This document shows, piece after piece, positions 21,063 through 30,154 of a DNA stretch of 64,000 nucleotides. The notes under the pieces are model-generated. The model was not told the DNA's origin. It saw nothing but the letters and a program-made list of their open reading frames with translations, and did not search any database. Position numbers and translations under genes: made by a program. The DNA is taken from NCBI GenBank assembly GCA_902629585.1, contig CACORI010000003.1, forward strand, positions 871-64,870, in the 5' to 3' direction. Numbering within the stretch: position 1 is the stretch's first letter; every line of letters begins with the position of its first letter. The stretch comes from an uncultured Pelagibacteraceae bacterium (GTDB lineage: Bacteria > Pseudomonadota > Alphaproteobacteria > Pelagibacterales > Pelagibacteraceae).

Positions 21063-22069
21063 AATTTTTGGCTTAAATCCTCAATTCTTAAAAGTTCTTG
21101 AAATTGATTTTTAATGTCAGTTTCAATTTCATAGATATCCTCTTTTTTGATAATAAATCTCAACTTAGCAGATCTAGAGGATGGATTAGCTATTAATTCT
21201 TTTTCTGTTGGGACTATTGGTCTTTTAATAGGCATTTCAAAAGAAAACTTTTTATTATCTAATTTCGGAACATACCTTGAAAAACTTTTACTTTTGGTTA
21301 AATTTTTAAAGAAATATTTAACAATTCTATCCTCTAATGAATGAAAAGACACGACGGCTAATATCCCATCCTTTTTTAAAATCTTTGCTGAATTTATTAA
21401 ACCAAAAATTAATTCACTAATTTCTTTATTAACAAATATTCTTAACGCTTGAAAAATTTTTGTAGCGCAATGAACTTTAAAATTTTTTCTGTGTTTTGTT
21501 TTTTCAATCAACCATACTAATTTTTCTGTATCAATTTTTCCGAGTTTTCTCTCTTTTACTATATTTTTTGCAATGAATTTCGATTCCTTCTCATCACCAA
21601 AAAATTTAAAAATATTACTTAAATCTTTTTCATCTAGATTATTTATAACCTCGTCAGCAGAAAAATTATTCTGTCCTAATTGCATATTTAATTTTCCAGT
21701 GCAATTAAAGGATAGGCCCTTTTTTTTATCCTTCATTTGAGTCAAAGAATATCCTAAATCAAAAATTACACCCTTAATATTTTCTTTTTTTAATTTAAGA
21801 TTATTTATTTTACTAAATTTTGTGTTTTTGAATAAAAATCTTCCAGGAAATTTATCAGATAATTTTGTTGCAACTATCTGACTATCTATATCCCTATCTA
21901 GTCCTATAACTTTTGTATTTTTATATTTAAGTATTTCTTTTGAATAACCACCCTGTCCAAAAGTACAATCAATAAATGTGCCACCATGTTGAGGGGAAAT
22001 AATGCTAATAATCTCTTTTAGCAACACAGGATAATGTTTCACAATATCCGATGCCATGGTGGCTTCCAT
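21059..22069 (-). CDS. rsmH: 16S rRNA m4C1402 methyltransferase RsmH (MraW)
   Basis: [37 protein letters not shown] and NP.SRSAKLR. Confidence 0.96.
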   Translation of the reverse strand: MEATMASDIVKHYPVLLKEIISIISPQHGGTFIDCTFGQGGYSKEILKYKNTKVIGLDRDIDSQIVATKLSDKFPGRFLFKNTKFSKINNLKLKKENIKGVIFDLGYSLTQMKDKKKGLSFNCTGKLNMQLGQNNFSADEVINNLDEKDLSNIFKFFGDEKESKFIAKNIVKERKLGKIDTEKLVWLIEKTKHRKNFKVHCATKIFQALRIFVNKEISELIFGLINSAKILKKDGILAVVSFHSLEDRIVKYFFKNLTKSKSFSRYVPKLDNKKFSFEMPIKRPIVPTEKELIANPSSRSAKLRFIIKKEDIYEIETDIKNQFQELLRIEDLSQKL

Positions 22070-22087
22070 TTATTTTTTCGAAGACCA

Positions 22088-23572
22088 TTAATTTTTTTGT
22101 CTTCTTAAAAATGCAGGTATTTCTAAATCATCCTCTTGATCTTCATTTTCTGAGGATAACAACTCATTAGACGATGAGGTTTCATTCTCATTATTATTAA
22201 AAAGATCTGGAGATTGAGAATCTACACCAAACTCACTTAGATCATTTTGAATAGACTCATCTCCCTCTAAATTTTCGTTTTTAGTTGTTGCTTCTTCAGC
22301 AAATGACATCTCATTATCTTTAGAAGTGTCTTCAACAATGCTCTCAGCTTCTTGATTTTTAACTAATTCCTCATGATACTGGTTGTTCACCTGATTTACA
22401 TCTGCCTCAACATTTTGTTGTGTCATAGTATGAGATGAGACTTCATTTTCTAGTTTTAATGCATTTGCACCATGAGAGAGTGGGTTTGGATTATTACTTG
22501 AAAAATTAAAAGATGCAGTCGGCTCTAAATTTGAAAAATCAGAATAACCAGGATTTCTGTTTTGAATCCGATGAACCATATTAATAACTGATTTTGATTC
22601 TGGTTGTTGACCATCCAAAGAGGTAGCTACAATTGAAACTCTCATTTTTCCATCAAGTTCTGAGTCTGTAATTGCACCAATTATTAATTCTGCCTCTGGG
22701 TCAACTTCGGCTCTTACTTTATTTACTGCCTCATCTACTTCGAAAAGTTTTAAATCTTTGCCGCCAGTAATATTTACAAGTAATCCTTTTGCGCCTTTTA
22801 AAGTATAATCATCAATTAATGGATTGCTTACTGCCATCTCTGCTGCTTTTAGTGCTCTTCCTTCACCTTCAGCCTCACCAGTTCCCATCATGGCTTTACC
22901 CATCGAAGCCATGACAGTCTCGACATCTGCAAAATCTAAATTTATTAAGCCAGGTCTTACCATTAAATCAGTGATACTTTGAACACCATGCATCAAAACA
23001 TTATTTGATAAATTAAAAGACTCTTCAAAAGTTGTTGTTTCATTTGCAATTTTAAATAAATTTTGATTCGGAATTACAATAATTGTATCCACATGCTTTC
23101 TTAATTCCTCCAATCCTTGCTGGGCTCTTCTCATTCTAGATGGACCTTCATAAAGAAAAGGTAACGTAACTACACCCACTGTAAGAATGTTCAATTCTTT
23201 TGCAGCTCTAGCAATTACATGAGCAGCTCCTGTTCCTGTTCCTCCACCCATACCAGCAGCAATAAAAATCATATTTGCGCCTTGTAAGGTATTGATGATT
23301 TCATTTAATGATTCATCTGCAGCTGCCTGTCCAATATCATGTTTTGCACCAGCACCAAGACCTTTGGTTAAATTAAGACCTAATTGAATTTTGGTTCTTG
23401 CTTTACTTGCTTTTAAATCTTGAGCATCAGTGTTAACGGCAATAAACTCAACTCCCTGTAAATTATTTCCAATCATTTCATTTATTGCATTTCCACCTGC
23501 GCCACCAACTCCAACTACTAATAATCTTGGTTGTAGTTCTTTTATTTCTGGTGTTTTAAAGTTAATAGTCAT
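22088..23572 (-). CDS. ftsZ: Cell division protein FtsZ
   Basis: [28 protein letters not shown], a long acidic linker and the C-terminal core [12 protein letters not shown]. Confidence 0.99.
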   Translation of the reverse strand: MTINFKTPEIKELQPRLLVVGVGGAGGNAINEMIGNNLQGVEFIAVNTDAQDLKASKARTKIQLGLNLTKGLGAGAKHDIGQAAADESLNEIINTLQGANMIFIAAGMGGGTGTGAAHVIARAAKELNILTVGVVTLPFLYEGPSRMRRAQQGLEELRKHVDTIIVIPNQNLFKIANETTTFEESFNLSNNVLMHGVQSITDLMVRPGLINLDFADVETVMASMGKAMMGTGEAEGEGRALKAAEMAVSNPLIDDYTLKGAKGLLVNITGGKDLKLFEVDEAVNKVRAEVDPEAELIIGAITDSELDGKMRVSIVATSLDGQQPESKSVINMVHRIQNRNPGYSDFSNLEPTASFNFSSNNPNPLSHGANALKLENEVSSHTMTQQNVEADVNQVNNQYHEELVKNQEAESIVEDTSKDNEMSFAEEATTKNENLEGDESIQNDLSEFGVDSQSPDLFNNNENETSSSNELLSSENEDQEDDLEIPAFLRRQKN

Positions 23573-23587
23573 TTTATTTTTCCCCCA

Positions 23588-24043
23588 TTATTTGTTTAGT
23601 TGATGCTCCCATTTAAGACTTGCACGATTAATATTTGCTTTTTTTCTTGCACTTACCTTAAATTTTTCAAATATTGTTGGTTCCCAAATTTGGAATGTTT
23701 TTCCTTGTCCAACAAAAAACATACTGTTTTTTATTTTTGCATGTTTTAATAATTTCTGGGTTATTGAAATTCTCCCCTCGCCATCAAATTGTAAATTTAT
23801 ACTTTCAGATAAAATTGATGTTGCAAAAAAATCCCTTTTTTCCTCAAAAGGATTTAGCGAGTCTATTGTGTTTGAAATTTTTTCTATTCTATCCTGAGGC
23901 CATGCCTCAATAGATTGATTATTAAATGATGGAAAACAAACTACACCGTTGTAACCAAGGTTGGACAGATATGATCTAAAACTTGCAGGCACTGACACCC
24001 TTCCTTTTTTGTCCAATTTGTTTTCGTAGATTGATAAAAACAT
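23588..24043 (-). CDS. mraZ: Transcriptional repressor MraZ
   Basis: Two DxxGR repeats (LDKKGRVSVP, FDGEGRISI) and VG.G..FQIW. Confidence 0.96.
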   Translation of the reverse strand: MFLSIYENKLDKKGRVSVPASFRSYLSNLGYNGVVCFPSFNNQSIEAWPQDRIEKISNTIDSLNPFEEKRDFFATSILSESINLQFDGEGRISITQKLLKHAKIKNSMFFVGQGKTFQIWEPTIFEKFKVSARKKANINRASLKWEHQLNK

Positions 24044-24070
24044 AAACCATAATATCCTAAATCCCCTTAT

Positions 24071-24114
24071 TTGGGAATATATGGGATACTATGGGTTTTT
24101 TTTAAGAGTGTCAA
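24071..24114 (-). promoter_or_regulatory. Sigma70 promoter of the dcw operon overlapped by three MraZ-type boxes
   Basis: Minus strand: TTGACA (24114-24109), 17-nt spacer, TAGTAT (24091-24086). Plus strand: TTGGG-N5-ATGGG-N5-ATGGG at 24071-24095, matching the 10-bp-period TGGG repeats bound by MraZ. Confidence 0.85.
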
Positions 24115-24198
24115 TACATACAATTAAGATGAGATCTCAGTTTAACTTAGCGATTTTGTAAGAAATTAGGTTTATGAATTAATATTTTGCAATAGATT

Positions 24199-24555
24199 TG
24201 CCAGATAAAATATAAGCCGGGTTCTGTCATTTAAACCTATCATTTGTCTAGGCTCAAAATCACTTTTGAGCTCAAGCAACTAACCCTGATGACTAGCCAA
24301 GGATGGCTTTTAGTTTCTTAACAATGTCACCTCTACTTAGTCTTGCTCCCAGTGGGGTTTTCCAGCGTTCATTGTTACCAATAGAACCGGTGCGCTCTTA
24401 CCACACCTTTTCACCCTTGCCATGTTATGGCGGTTTATTTTCTGTGGCACTATCCCTAGGGTTTCCCCTGCCAGGTATTACCTGGCACTGTATCCTTGCG
24501 GAGCCCGGACTTTCCTCTTTAGTTTTAATTAAAGCGATAAGTCATTTATCTGGCA
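24199..24555 (-). ncRNA. rnpB: RNase P RNA (class A)
   Basis: Minus strand has GAGGAAAGTCCGGGCTCC near the 5' end and GACAGAACCCGGCTTAT near the 3' end. The termini TGCCAGATAAA / TTTATCTGGCA pair to form P1. Confidence 0.97.
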
Positions 24556-24601
24556 GAACCAATTTATAATTTAATCTTTTTTTTTCAACAGTTAATATAT
24601 G

Positions 24602-25324
24602 CTATTTTATGAGGTTTTTACTGATGATTAAACATTCTTTATCTAAGATACCATTTATTAAACTTTGCCTAAATCTTCTTTGAAAAGATTTTACTAAATC
24701 CTTATTTTTAAATTTAATATTTTTTGCTCTTCTATAACCAATTTTATCTAAAATATTAAAAAATCTTTTTTCCTCCAAAGAATCTATTTTTTTTAAACGT
24801 AACTTTTTAATCTTTTTCTCATTAAGGCTATGCCAGAAAGCCAAGTTCAATTTTGATAATTTTTTCCAAGGAAATTTTTCACCTGGATCTATTTTTCTTT
24901 CTGGGGCAATATCTGAGTGTCCTAAAATGTTTTTTTTATTTATTTTATATTCATCTTTCAATTTTTTTAATAGTTTTTTCAATGCATTAATTTGACTAAT
25001 TGTAAATTTTTGATATTTGAAATTATGACCAGAATTATGAATTTCAATACCAATCGAATTTTCATTTAAGGATGAGTATTTTTTCCATCTAGATATTCCG
25101 GCATGCCATGCAATATATTGATCTGGAACAAGATTTAAAATCTTACCATTTTTTTTAATAAAATAATGTGCACTTACATTTGAATTAAAATCACATAATT
25201 TTTTAAGTGCCGATGACTCATTTTTCATTCCTGTGTAATGAATAATTATAAATTTAATTTTTTGCTTGGATCTTTTCAAGGTATTAAAATTTGGAGAATA
25301 GTTTTTTGTTATTTTAGGCCACAT
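24602..25324 (-). CDS. N-acetylmuramoyl-L-alanine amidase (Amidase_2, AmpD/AmiD-like) with C-terminal PG-binding segment
   Basis: IIIHYT, VSAHY, AWHAG.S.W, SIGIE, GHSDIAP.RK.DPG and FQRRFR...G..D. Confidence 0.92.
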   Translation of the reverse strand: MWPKITKNYSPNFNTLKRSKQKIKFIIIHYTGMKNESSALKKLCDFNSNVSAHYFIKKNGKILNLVPDQYIAWHAGISRWKKYSSLNENSIGIEIHNSGHNFKYQKFTISQINALKKLLKKLKDEYKINKKNILGHSDIAPERKIDPGEKFPWKKLSKLNLAFWHSLNEKKIKKLRLKKIDSLEEKRFFNILDKIGYRRAKNIKFKNKDLVKSFQRRFRQSLINGILDKECLIISKNLIK

Positions 25325-25386
25325 TTAGGTAATATTTTTGCTTAATTGTTAATTTACTTTAATTTAAATTATAATATAAATCCAAA

Positions 25387-26175
25387 ATGATTAAAAAATT
25401 AATAGTAATTATAATTACAACCATTGCGTTAACTTTTAATGTCAGTGCTTCATCAGATGGAGAATTACTATTAAAAAAAAATGAACCATCTGAAATCAAA
25501 GATTGTTTTGAAAGCTTAAATAGAGCATCATTTGCACTCAATCAAGGATTAGATAAAGTAATTTTCAAACCTGTAGCAAGCGTTTATAAAACATTACCCT
25601 CTCCTATAAAAACTGGGGTCAGTAACTCACTTAATAATTTATCTAACGTTGTAACGATTCCAAATAATATTCTTCAAGGAGAATTTTCTAAAGCAGGTGT
25701 CAATACTGGTAGATTTTTAATTAATACCACGGTAGGTATTCTTGGTTTTATTGATGTTGCAACTTATCTTGGTTTCACAGAATATGAAAAAGAGGATTAT
25801 GGTCAGAGCCTAGCATCATTTGGTATTGGGCCTGGTTGTTATATTGTTCTTCCAGTTTTAGGTCCAAGCACAGCTAGAGACACTGTTGCGTCGTTAACAA
25901 ATTTTGTTGGTGGAGATGCTTGGTATAACGTAACCGTTAGAAACGACACGCATTATTTTAGAGATATGGATTACTATACATCAAAAATTTCTGCGGGCGT
26001 AGATTTTAGAGCAAAAAACTACGATTCTATAGAAAATCTTAAAGATAATTCCTTAGATTTTTATGCTTCAGTAAAAAGTTTGTATTTACAAGATAGACAA
26101 CAAAAAATTTTGAATACTAAGAAAATAATTGAAACACAAGATGACAGTGGTTGGGAAGAGATAGAAAATCAATAA
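25387..26175 (+). CDS. mlaA: MlaA/VacJ family protein
   Basis: E..NR..F..N..LD, RFLINTTVG..G..D, EDYGQ, Y.VLP.LGPST.RD and DFY...KS.Y.Q.R. Confidence 0.92.
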   Translation: MIKKLIVIIITTIALTFNVSASSDGELLLKKNEPSEIKDCFESLNRASFALNQGLDKVIFKPVASVYKTLPSPIKTGVSNSLNNLSNVVTIPNNILQGEFSKAGVNTGRFLINTTVGILGFIDVATYLGFTEYEKEDYGQSLASFGIGPGCYIVLPVLGPSTARDTVASLTNFVGGDAWYNVTVRNDTHYFRDMDYYTSKISAGVDFRAKNYDSIENLKDNSLDFYASVKSLYLQDRQQKILNTKKIIETQDDSGWEEIENQ

Positions 26176-26189
26176 TTTCTTATATGTAA

Positions 26190-26780
26190 ATGTCTGAAAA
26201 AAAAATATTAATAATTTTAATTCTTTTTTTTTCAACAATAACGGAGTCTTTTTCAATAGAACCTGATATTTTTGTTCAATCTACAGTTAATAGAGCATCA
26301 GAAATACTTGCAGAAAATATTTCTAAAGATCAAAAAATTCAGAAACTTAAATTAATTGCAAAGGAAACTGTTGATATTAAAGGAATAGGTTTTTATACAC
26401 TTGGGGCAAAAAGAAAAAAACTGAGTGATGAAGATAAAATTCGTTACGCTAAATTATTTGAGGCCTATTTTTTAAAAAGCTTCTCTAGTAGACTCGCTGA
26501 GTATACTAATCCTGAAATAGATGTAACAAATAAAGAAAAGCTAAGTGAAAATTATACAATAGTAAATAGTACTCTTAAAGCAACTAGCGAAAGACCTGAA
26601 ATTAAGATTGATTGGAGAATTTATACTAAAAATGTAAACAATCCTTTAATAAGAGATTTAATAATCGAAGGATTAAGCTTAGCTAGAACACAAAAAGAGG
26701 AATTTGCATCTATTTTAAACTCTAATGATGGAGAAATTGAATCCTTATTCAAAGTTTTAAAAGAGTTTTCAGACAACTAA
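26190..26780 (+). CDS. mlaC: MlaC/Ttg2D phospholipid-shuttle protein
   Basis: Signal peptide; IDWR; I.DL.IEG.SL..TQ.EEF.S; adjacent to mlaA. Confidence 0.9.
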   Translation: MSEKKILIILILFFSTITESFSIEPDIFVQSTVNRASEILAENISKDQKIQKLKLIAKETVDIKGIGFYTLGAKRKKLSDEDKIRYAKLFEAYFLKSFSSRLAEYTNPEIDVTNKEKLSENYTIVNSTLKATSERPEIKIDWRIYTKNVNNPLIRDLIIEGLSLARTQKEEFASILNSNDGEIESLFKVLKEFSDN

Positions 26781-26793
26781 TATATTTTATAAT

Positions 26794-26870
26794 TGGTGGG
26801 CCCGCCAGGACTCGAACCTGGGACCAATACATTATGAGTGTACTGCTCTAACCAACTGAGCTACAGGCCC
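26794..26870 (-). tRNA. tRNA-Ile2 (CAT anticodon, lysidine type)
   Basis: Sequence GGGCCTGTAGCTCAGTTGGTTAGAGCAGTACACTCATAATGTATTGGTCCCAGGTTCGAGTCCTGGCGGGCCCACCA forms a full cloverleaf with encoded CCA. C4-G69 and C5-G68 pairs (TilS determinants) favour Ile2 over Met. Confidence 0.9.
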
Positions 26871-27004
26871 GGAGTGAAATGCATAAATACATTAATTTAC
26901 ATTATCTTACAATATAACAAATTTTAATTAGCAATATTAAGTCAAAAATCTAGAAATAAATTTGATTCATCGTCACTTTTTAAGTAATTAATCATATAAA
27001 TATT

Positions 27005-28396
27005 ATGATTAATAGAGAAACCGCTTCTTTCAGAGATAATAAAGCAACAGTTTATAGCGTTTCAGGAAAAATATTAAGAAAAGTAAATTATTTAAAAAAC
27101 ATTGATTTTAATGAGTTTTTGAATTCTAATTTTTATAAAAAAAATTCTAAAAATATCATAAAAACTTTTATATTAGATGCTAATCAAATAAATAAACTTT
27201 CAATTCCCTATGAAAAAAATACGATATGGTTAGAACATGAAAGATTAGATGAAATAATATACCCATATGAACTTACTTTTAATCAATTAAAAGACTCAGC
27301 CCTTTTATTTCTAAATTTATATATAGACGCAATAGAAAATTCTTATGATATTATAGATGCTTCAGCATATAATATTCAATTTAAAAATAATCATCCAGTT
27401 TTTATTGATCTTGGATCTTTTGCTAAACCAAAAAAAGATTCTGAAATTATTTGGCATAAACAATTTTGTGAAAATTATTTAGCACCTTTATTAATTAAAT
27501 CTAAAACTAATATTAATTTTAATGATATTTTTAAAGGAAATCTGAATGGTATTGATCTTAAATTAGCATCTAAAATTTTACCCTTTTCAAGTTTTTTTAA
27601 TTTTAATATTTTGACAAATATTCATCTACACTCAATTTTGAATTCGAAAATATCCTCTTCAACTCACAAAAGTAAAAAAATAGTAAAAAAAAATAAGCTT
27701 AGTCTTAAACAAAAAGTTTTAATTGCCAAAAGTCTAAAAAATACAATAGATAATTTAAAAACCCAAAAATCTTCTTATTGGTCAAATTATTCAAAAATTA
27801 ACTCATATTCAAAAGAAGATTATTTAAAAAAAGAAAAATGTGTAAGTGAATTTGTCAAATCAGAAGGAGCGAAAAATATATTAGATTTAGGATGCAATGA
27901 TGGTAATTTTTCTAACGTATGTTTTAATAGCGGTGCCAAGAAAATAGTTGGTATTGATAGTGATTTAGATGCTTTAGATAAGGCATATTTAAACTTTAAA
28001 ATTAAGAATCTAAATTTTTCATGTCTATATCAAAACTTTTCAAACCCATCTGCTGGTATTGGTTGGAATAATAAGGAAAGATTAAGTTTTACTGAAAGAT
28101 TCGAGAAAAAATTTGATGGTGTTATATGCCTTGCATTTATCCATCATATTTGTATTTCAAATAATGTTCCCTTAGATATGTTTGTTGACTATTTGGGTAG
28201 TTTCTCGAATAACTTTCTCATGGAGTTTGTTTCTAAGGATGACGAAATGGTTCAAAATCTTTTAAGAAATAAAGATAATTTAATTAATAATTATAATTTA
28301 GAGGAATTTAAAAAAATAATTTTAAGAAAAAATTATAAGATAGTTTCTGAATATTCATTAACAAGTAGTAGAACTTTAATTCATTTCAAAAAATGA
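27005..28396 (+). CDS. NoeA-like protein: N-terminal kinase-like domain plus C-terminal class I SAM methyltransferase
   Basis: SFRD, YPYE, catalytic-loop-like DASAYNIQF and DFG-like IDLGSF, followed by ILDLGCNDG, IDSD and CLAFIHH. Confidence 0.8.
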   Translation: MINRETASFRDNKATVYSVSGKILRKVNYLKNIDFNEFLNSNFYKKNSKNIIKTFILDANQINKLSIPYEKNTIWLEHERLDEIIYPYELTFNQLKDSALLFLNLYIDAIENSYDIIDASAYNIQFKNNHPVFIDLGSFAKPKKDSEIIWHKQFCENYLAPLLIKSKTNINFNDIFKGNLNGIDLKLASKILPFSSFFNFNILTNIHLHSILNSKISSSTHKSKKIVKKNKLSLKQKVLIAKSLKNTIDNLKTQKSSYWSNYSKINSYSKEDYLKKEKCVSEFVKSEGAKNILDLGCNDGNFSNVCFNSGAKKIVGIDSDLDALDKAYLNFKIKNLNFSCLYQNFSNPSAGIGWNNKERLSFTERFEKKFDGVICLAFIHHICISNNVPLDMFVDYLGSFSNNFLMEFVSKDDEMVQNLLRNKDNLINNYNLEEFKKIILRKNYKIVSEYSLTSSRTLIHFKK

Positions 28397-29916
28397 ATAA
28401 TAAAATCATCAGTTTAAATTTAATTTTGTCTTTTTTTGGTATCTATTTATCTTTTTTTTATTTTGGAACTAATCAATATTTCTACGCCTCTTATCATCTT
28501 TTTGATATATTTAAATCAACCTTGATAATTTCTACTATATTTGGATTTCCAATAATATTTTCTATTTATTTTTTAAATTATGGTAAAAAAAATATTTTAA
28601 ATAAAATTGCAACATCTTTTAGTCAAGGCATCATAGTTTATATAGTATTTCATTATGTAATTAAATTCTCAGATATAAATTACTTTCATATCTATAAATC
28701 ATTTATTGATAGTAATAATTTTTTTATTAAATCAATTTTTTATTTTTTTCCATTTATGCTAACTTTTATTGTTTCATTTCTATTGAACTCAAAACAAATA
28801 TATAAAATAAATAAATTTATACTGATTTTACTAATCATTTTAAATTTAAGTTCAATTTATAGAACTACTCAAATTTATATGTTCAATGAAAATAAAATTT
28901 TCAAATTATCCGATTTTAAAGATTTAAAAGTTAATACAAATAAAAATCAAATTATTAAAAAAAAAGTCTTTATCTTAATTTTTGATGAATTTGATCAGTC
29001 AATTTTTGAAAAAAACTTTCAAAAATTTGATCATATTAATGAATTTTATAATTCTTCTTATGTAAATAAAAATTTTTATAGTCCTGCAAAATTTACTATA
29101 GATTCAATTCCAGCAATATTGACAGGAAATTCTACAAAGCAAACTTTATTCAAAAAAGGACAATTATATATTAAAGATTTAAACGATAAATTAATTCATT
29201 TTAGTCATGATAATTCGTTTTTTAATATCAAAAATGTATCTTCAAGTATTTATGCAACTTATCATCCATATTGTAGAATTCTTAAAGTTGTTAACTGTTA
29301 TGATAAATTCAATTTTAAAAAAAATGAAATTGACCTTATAGACGGTATTAATAATTTTTTAAATGTAATTTATCTAGATAGATTAATTGATAAAATGATT
29401 AGATTTGACAAAGATAATTTAAATACAATAGAAAAAGGGAATGAATTTTCTAAAGATACTGAATTTTCAAAATTCATGATTCAAAATTCATTAAGTTTTT
29501 TAAAAAGTGATACAAATATTATATTTATACATTATCCATTCCCTCATCCACCTTTTAAAAAAGGAGTGGTTAAAATTAAAAAGGAATACCAAGATTTATC
29601 TGATTATGAGAAAAATCTTTTCTTAATTGACGATACATTTTTAAAAATAAAGCAGTACATTAATAAGCAAAAAGATTCTCTTTTAATAGTTTCCTCAGAT
29701 CACTGGCACAAAGATATTAGCGAAAATAAATCATTACCAATGGTTTTTTTTTCTAAGATTATCGGAGACAATAAATATTATGAAGAAAATAACGAAAAAA
29801 ATGCTTCTAATATAAAACAATTGATAATAGATTTCTTTGAGGGTAATATAACTTCAAACAAAGATATTAATAATTTTTTTAAAACTAAAAAAAATCATAA
29901 AACTTATGTTAGATAA
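28393..29916 (+). CDS. Membrane-anchored alkaline phosphatase/sulfatase superfamily protein (LtaS/EptA/NoeB-like architecture)
   Basis: About five N-terminal hydrophobic segments, then FILIFDE, a Thr in the nucleophile position (FTIDSIP), HYPFPHPPF and IVSSDH. Confidence 0.75.
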   Translation: MNNKIISLNLILSFFGIYLSFFYFGTNQYFYASYHLFDIFKSTLIISTIFGFPIIFSIYFLNYGKKNILNKIATSFSQGIIVYIVFHYVIKFSDINYFHIYKSFIDSNNFFIKSIFYFFPFMLTFIVSFLLNSKQIYKINKFILILLIILNLSSIYRTTQIYMFNENKIFKLSDFKDLKVNTNKNQIIKKKVFILIFDEFDQSIFEKNFQKFDHINEFYNSSYVNKNFYSPAKFTIDSIPAILTGNSTKQTLFKKGQLYIKDLNDKLIHFSHDNSFFNIKNVSSSIYATYHPYCRILKVVNCYDKFNFKKNEIDLIDGINNFLNVIYLDRLIDKMIRFDKDNLNTIEKGNEFSKDTEFSKFMIQNSLSFLKSDTNIIFIHYPFPHPPFKKGVVKIKKEYQDLSDYEKNLFLIDDTFLKIKQYINKQKDSLLIVSSDHWHKDISENKSLPMVFFSKIIGDNKYYEENNEKNASNIKQLIIDFFEGNITSNKDINNFFKTKKNHKTYVR

Positions 29917-30142
29917 TTTATTCAAAAGTTTAAAAATATCAATTTTATTTTTCTTAATTATTACTAATGCGAATGCATATATTGACCCAGGAACTGGATC
30001 ATTCATTATACAAGCTATTCTAGCCTTAGGTGCCACTATAATTTTTTATTTAGGTTATCCGTTCAGAATATTAAAAAGTATTTTTAACAAAATTTTTAAA
30101 AAAGAAAAAGATAGTGATAAACTAAGTGAAAAAAAGGATTAA
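29906..30142 (+). CDS. Small membrane protein with YIDPGTGS motif
   Basis: Signal-peptide-like N-terminus ending A-N-A, then YIDPGTGS, a TM helix and a basic tail. Overlaps the upstream stop by 11 nt. Confidence 0.8.
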   Translation: MLDNLFKSLKISILFFLIITNANAYIDPGTGSFIIQAILALGATIIFYLGYPFRILKSIFNKIFKKEKDSDKLSEKKD

Positions 30143-30154
30143 TTTTTTAATTAA

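Larger units (their letters stand above)
26871..30154. other. Candidate small genomic islet between tRNA-Ile2 and tRNA-Val
   Basis: Three overlapping non-core genes in the opposite orientation to both flanking tRNAs. Very AT-rich: two 60-nt lines counted gave 10 and 12 G+C, versus 20 in one rpoD line. No integrase is present. Confidence 0.6.

Noticed and set aside
22140-22560. Long acidic region of FtsZ as an insertion or extra domain
   Set aside because: Long disordered linkers are normal in alphaproteobacterial FtsZ.
24303-24569. 88-aa ORF on the + strand
   Set aside because: It is the antisense shadow of the GC-rich rnpB RNA gene and has no protein motifs.
24100-25386. CtrA boxes (TTAA-N7-TTAA) upstream of mraZ or amidase/mlaA
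   Set aside because: Several TTAA half-sites are present, but none were found at 7-nt spacing, and TTAA is very frequent at this AT content.
26794-26870. Calling the CAT tRNA Met or fMet
   Set aside because: It has a G1-C72 pair and lacks three G-C pairs in the anticodon stem (not initiator). C4-G69 and C5-G68 fit Ile2 better than elongator Met.
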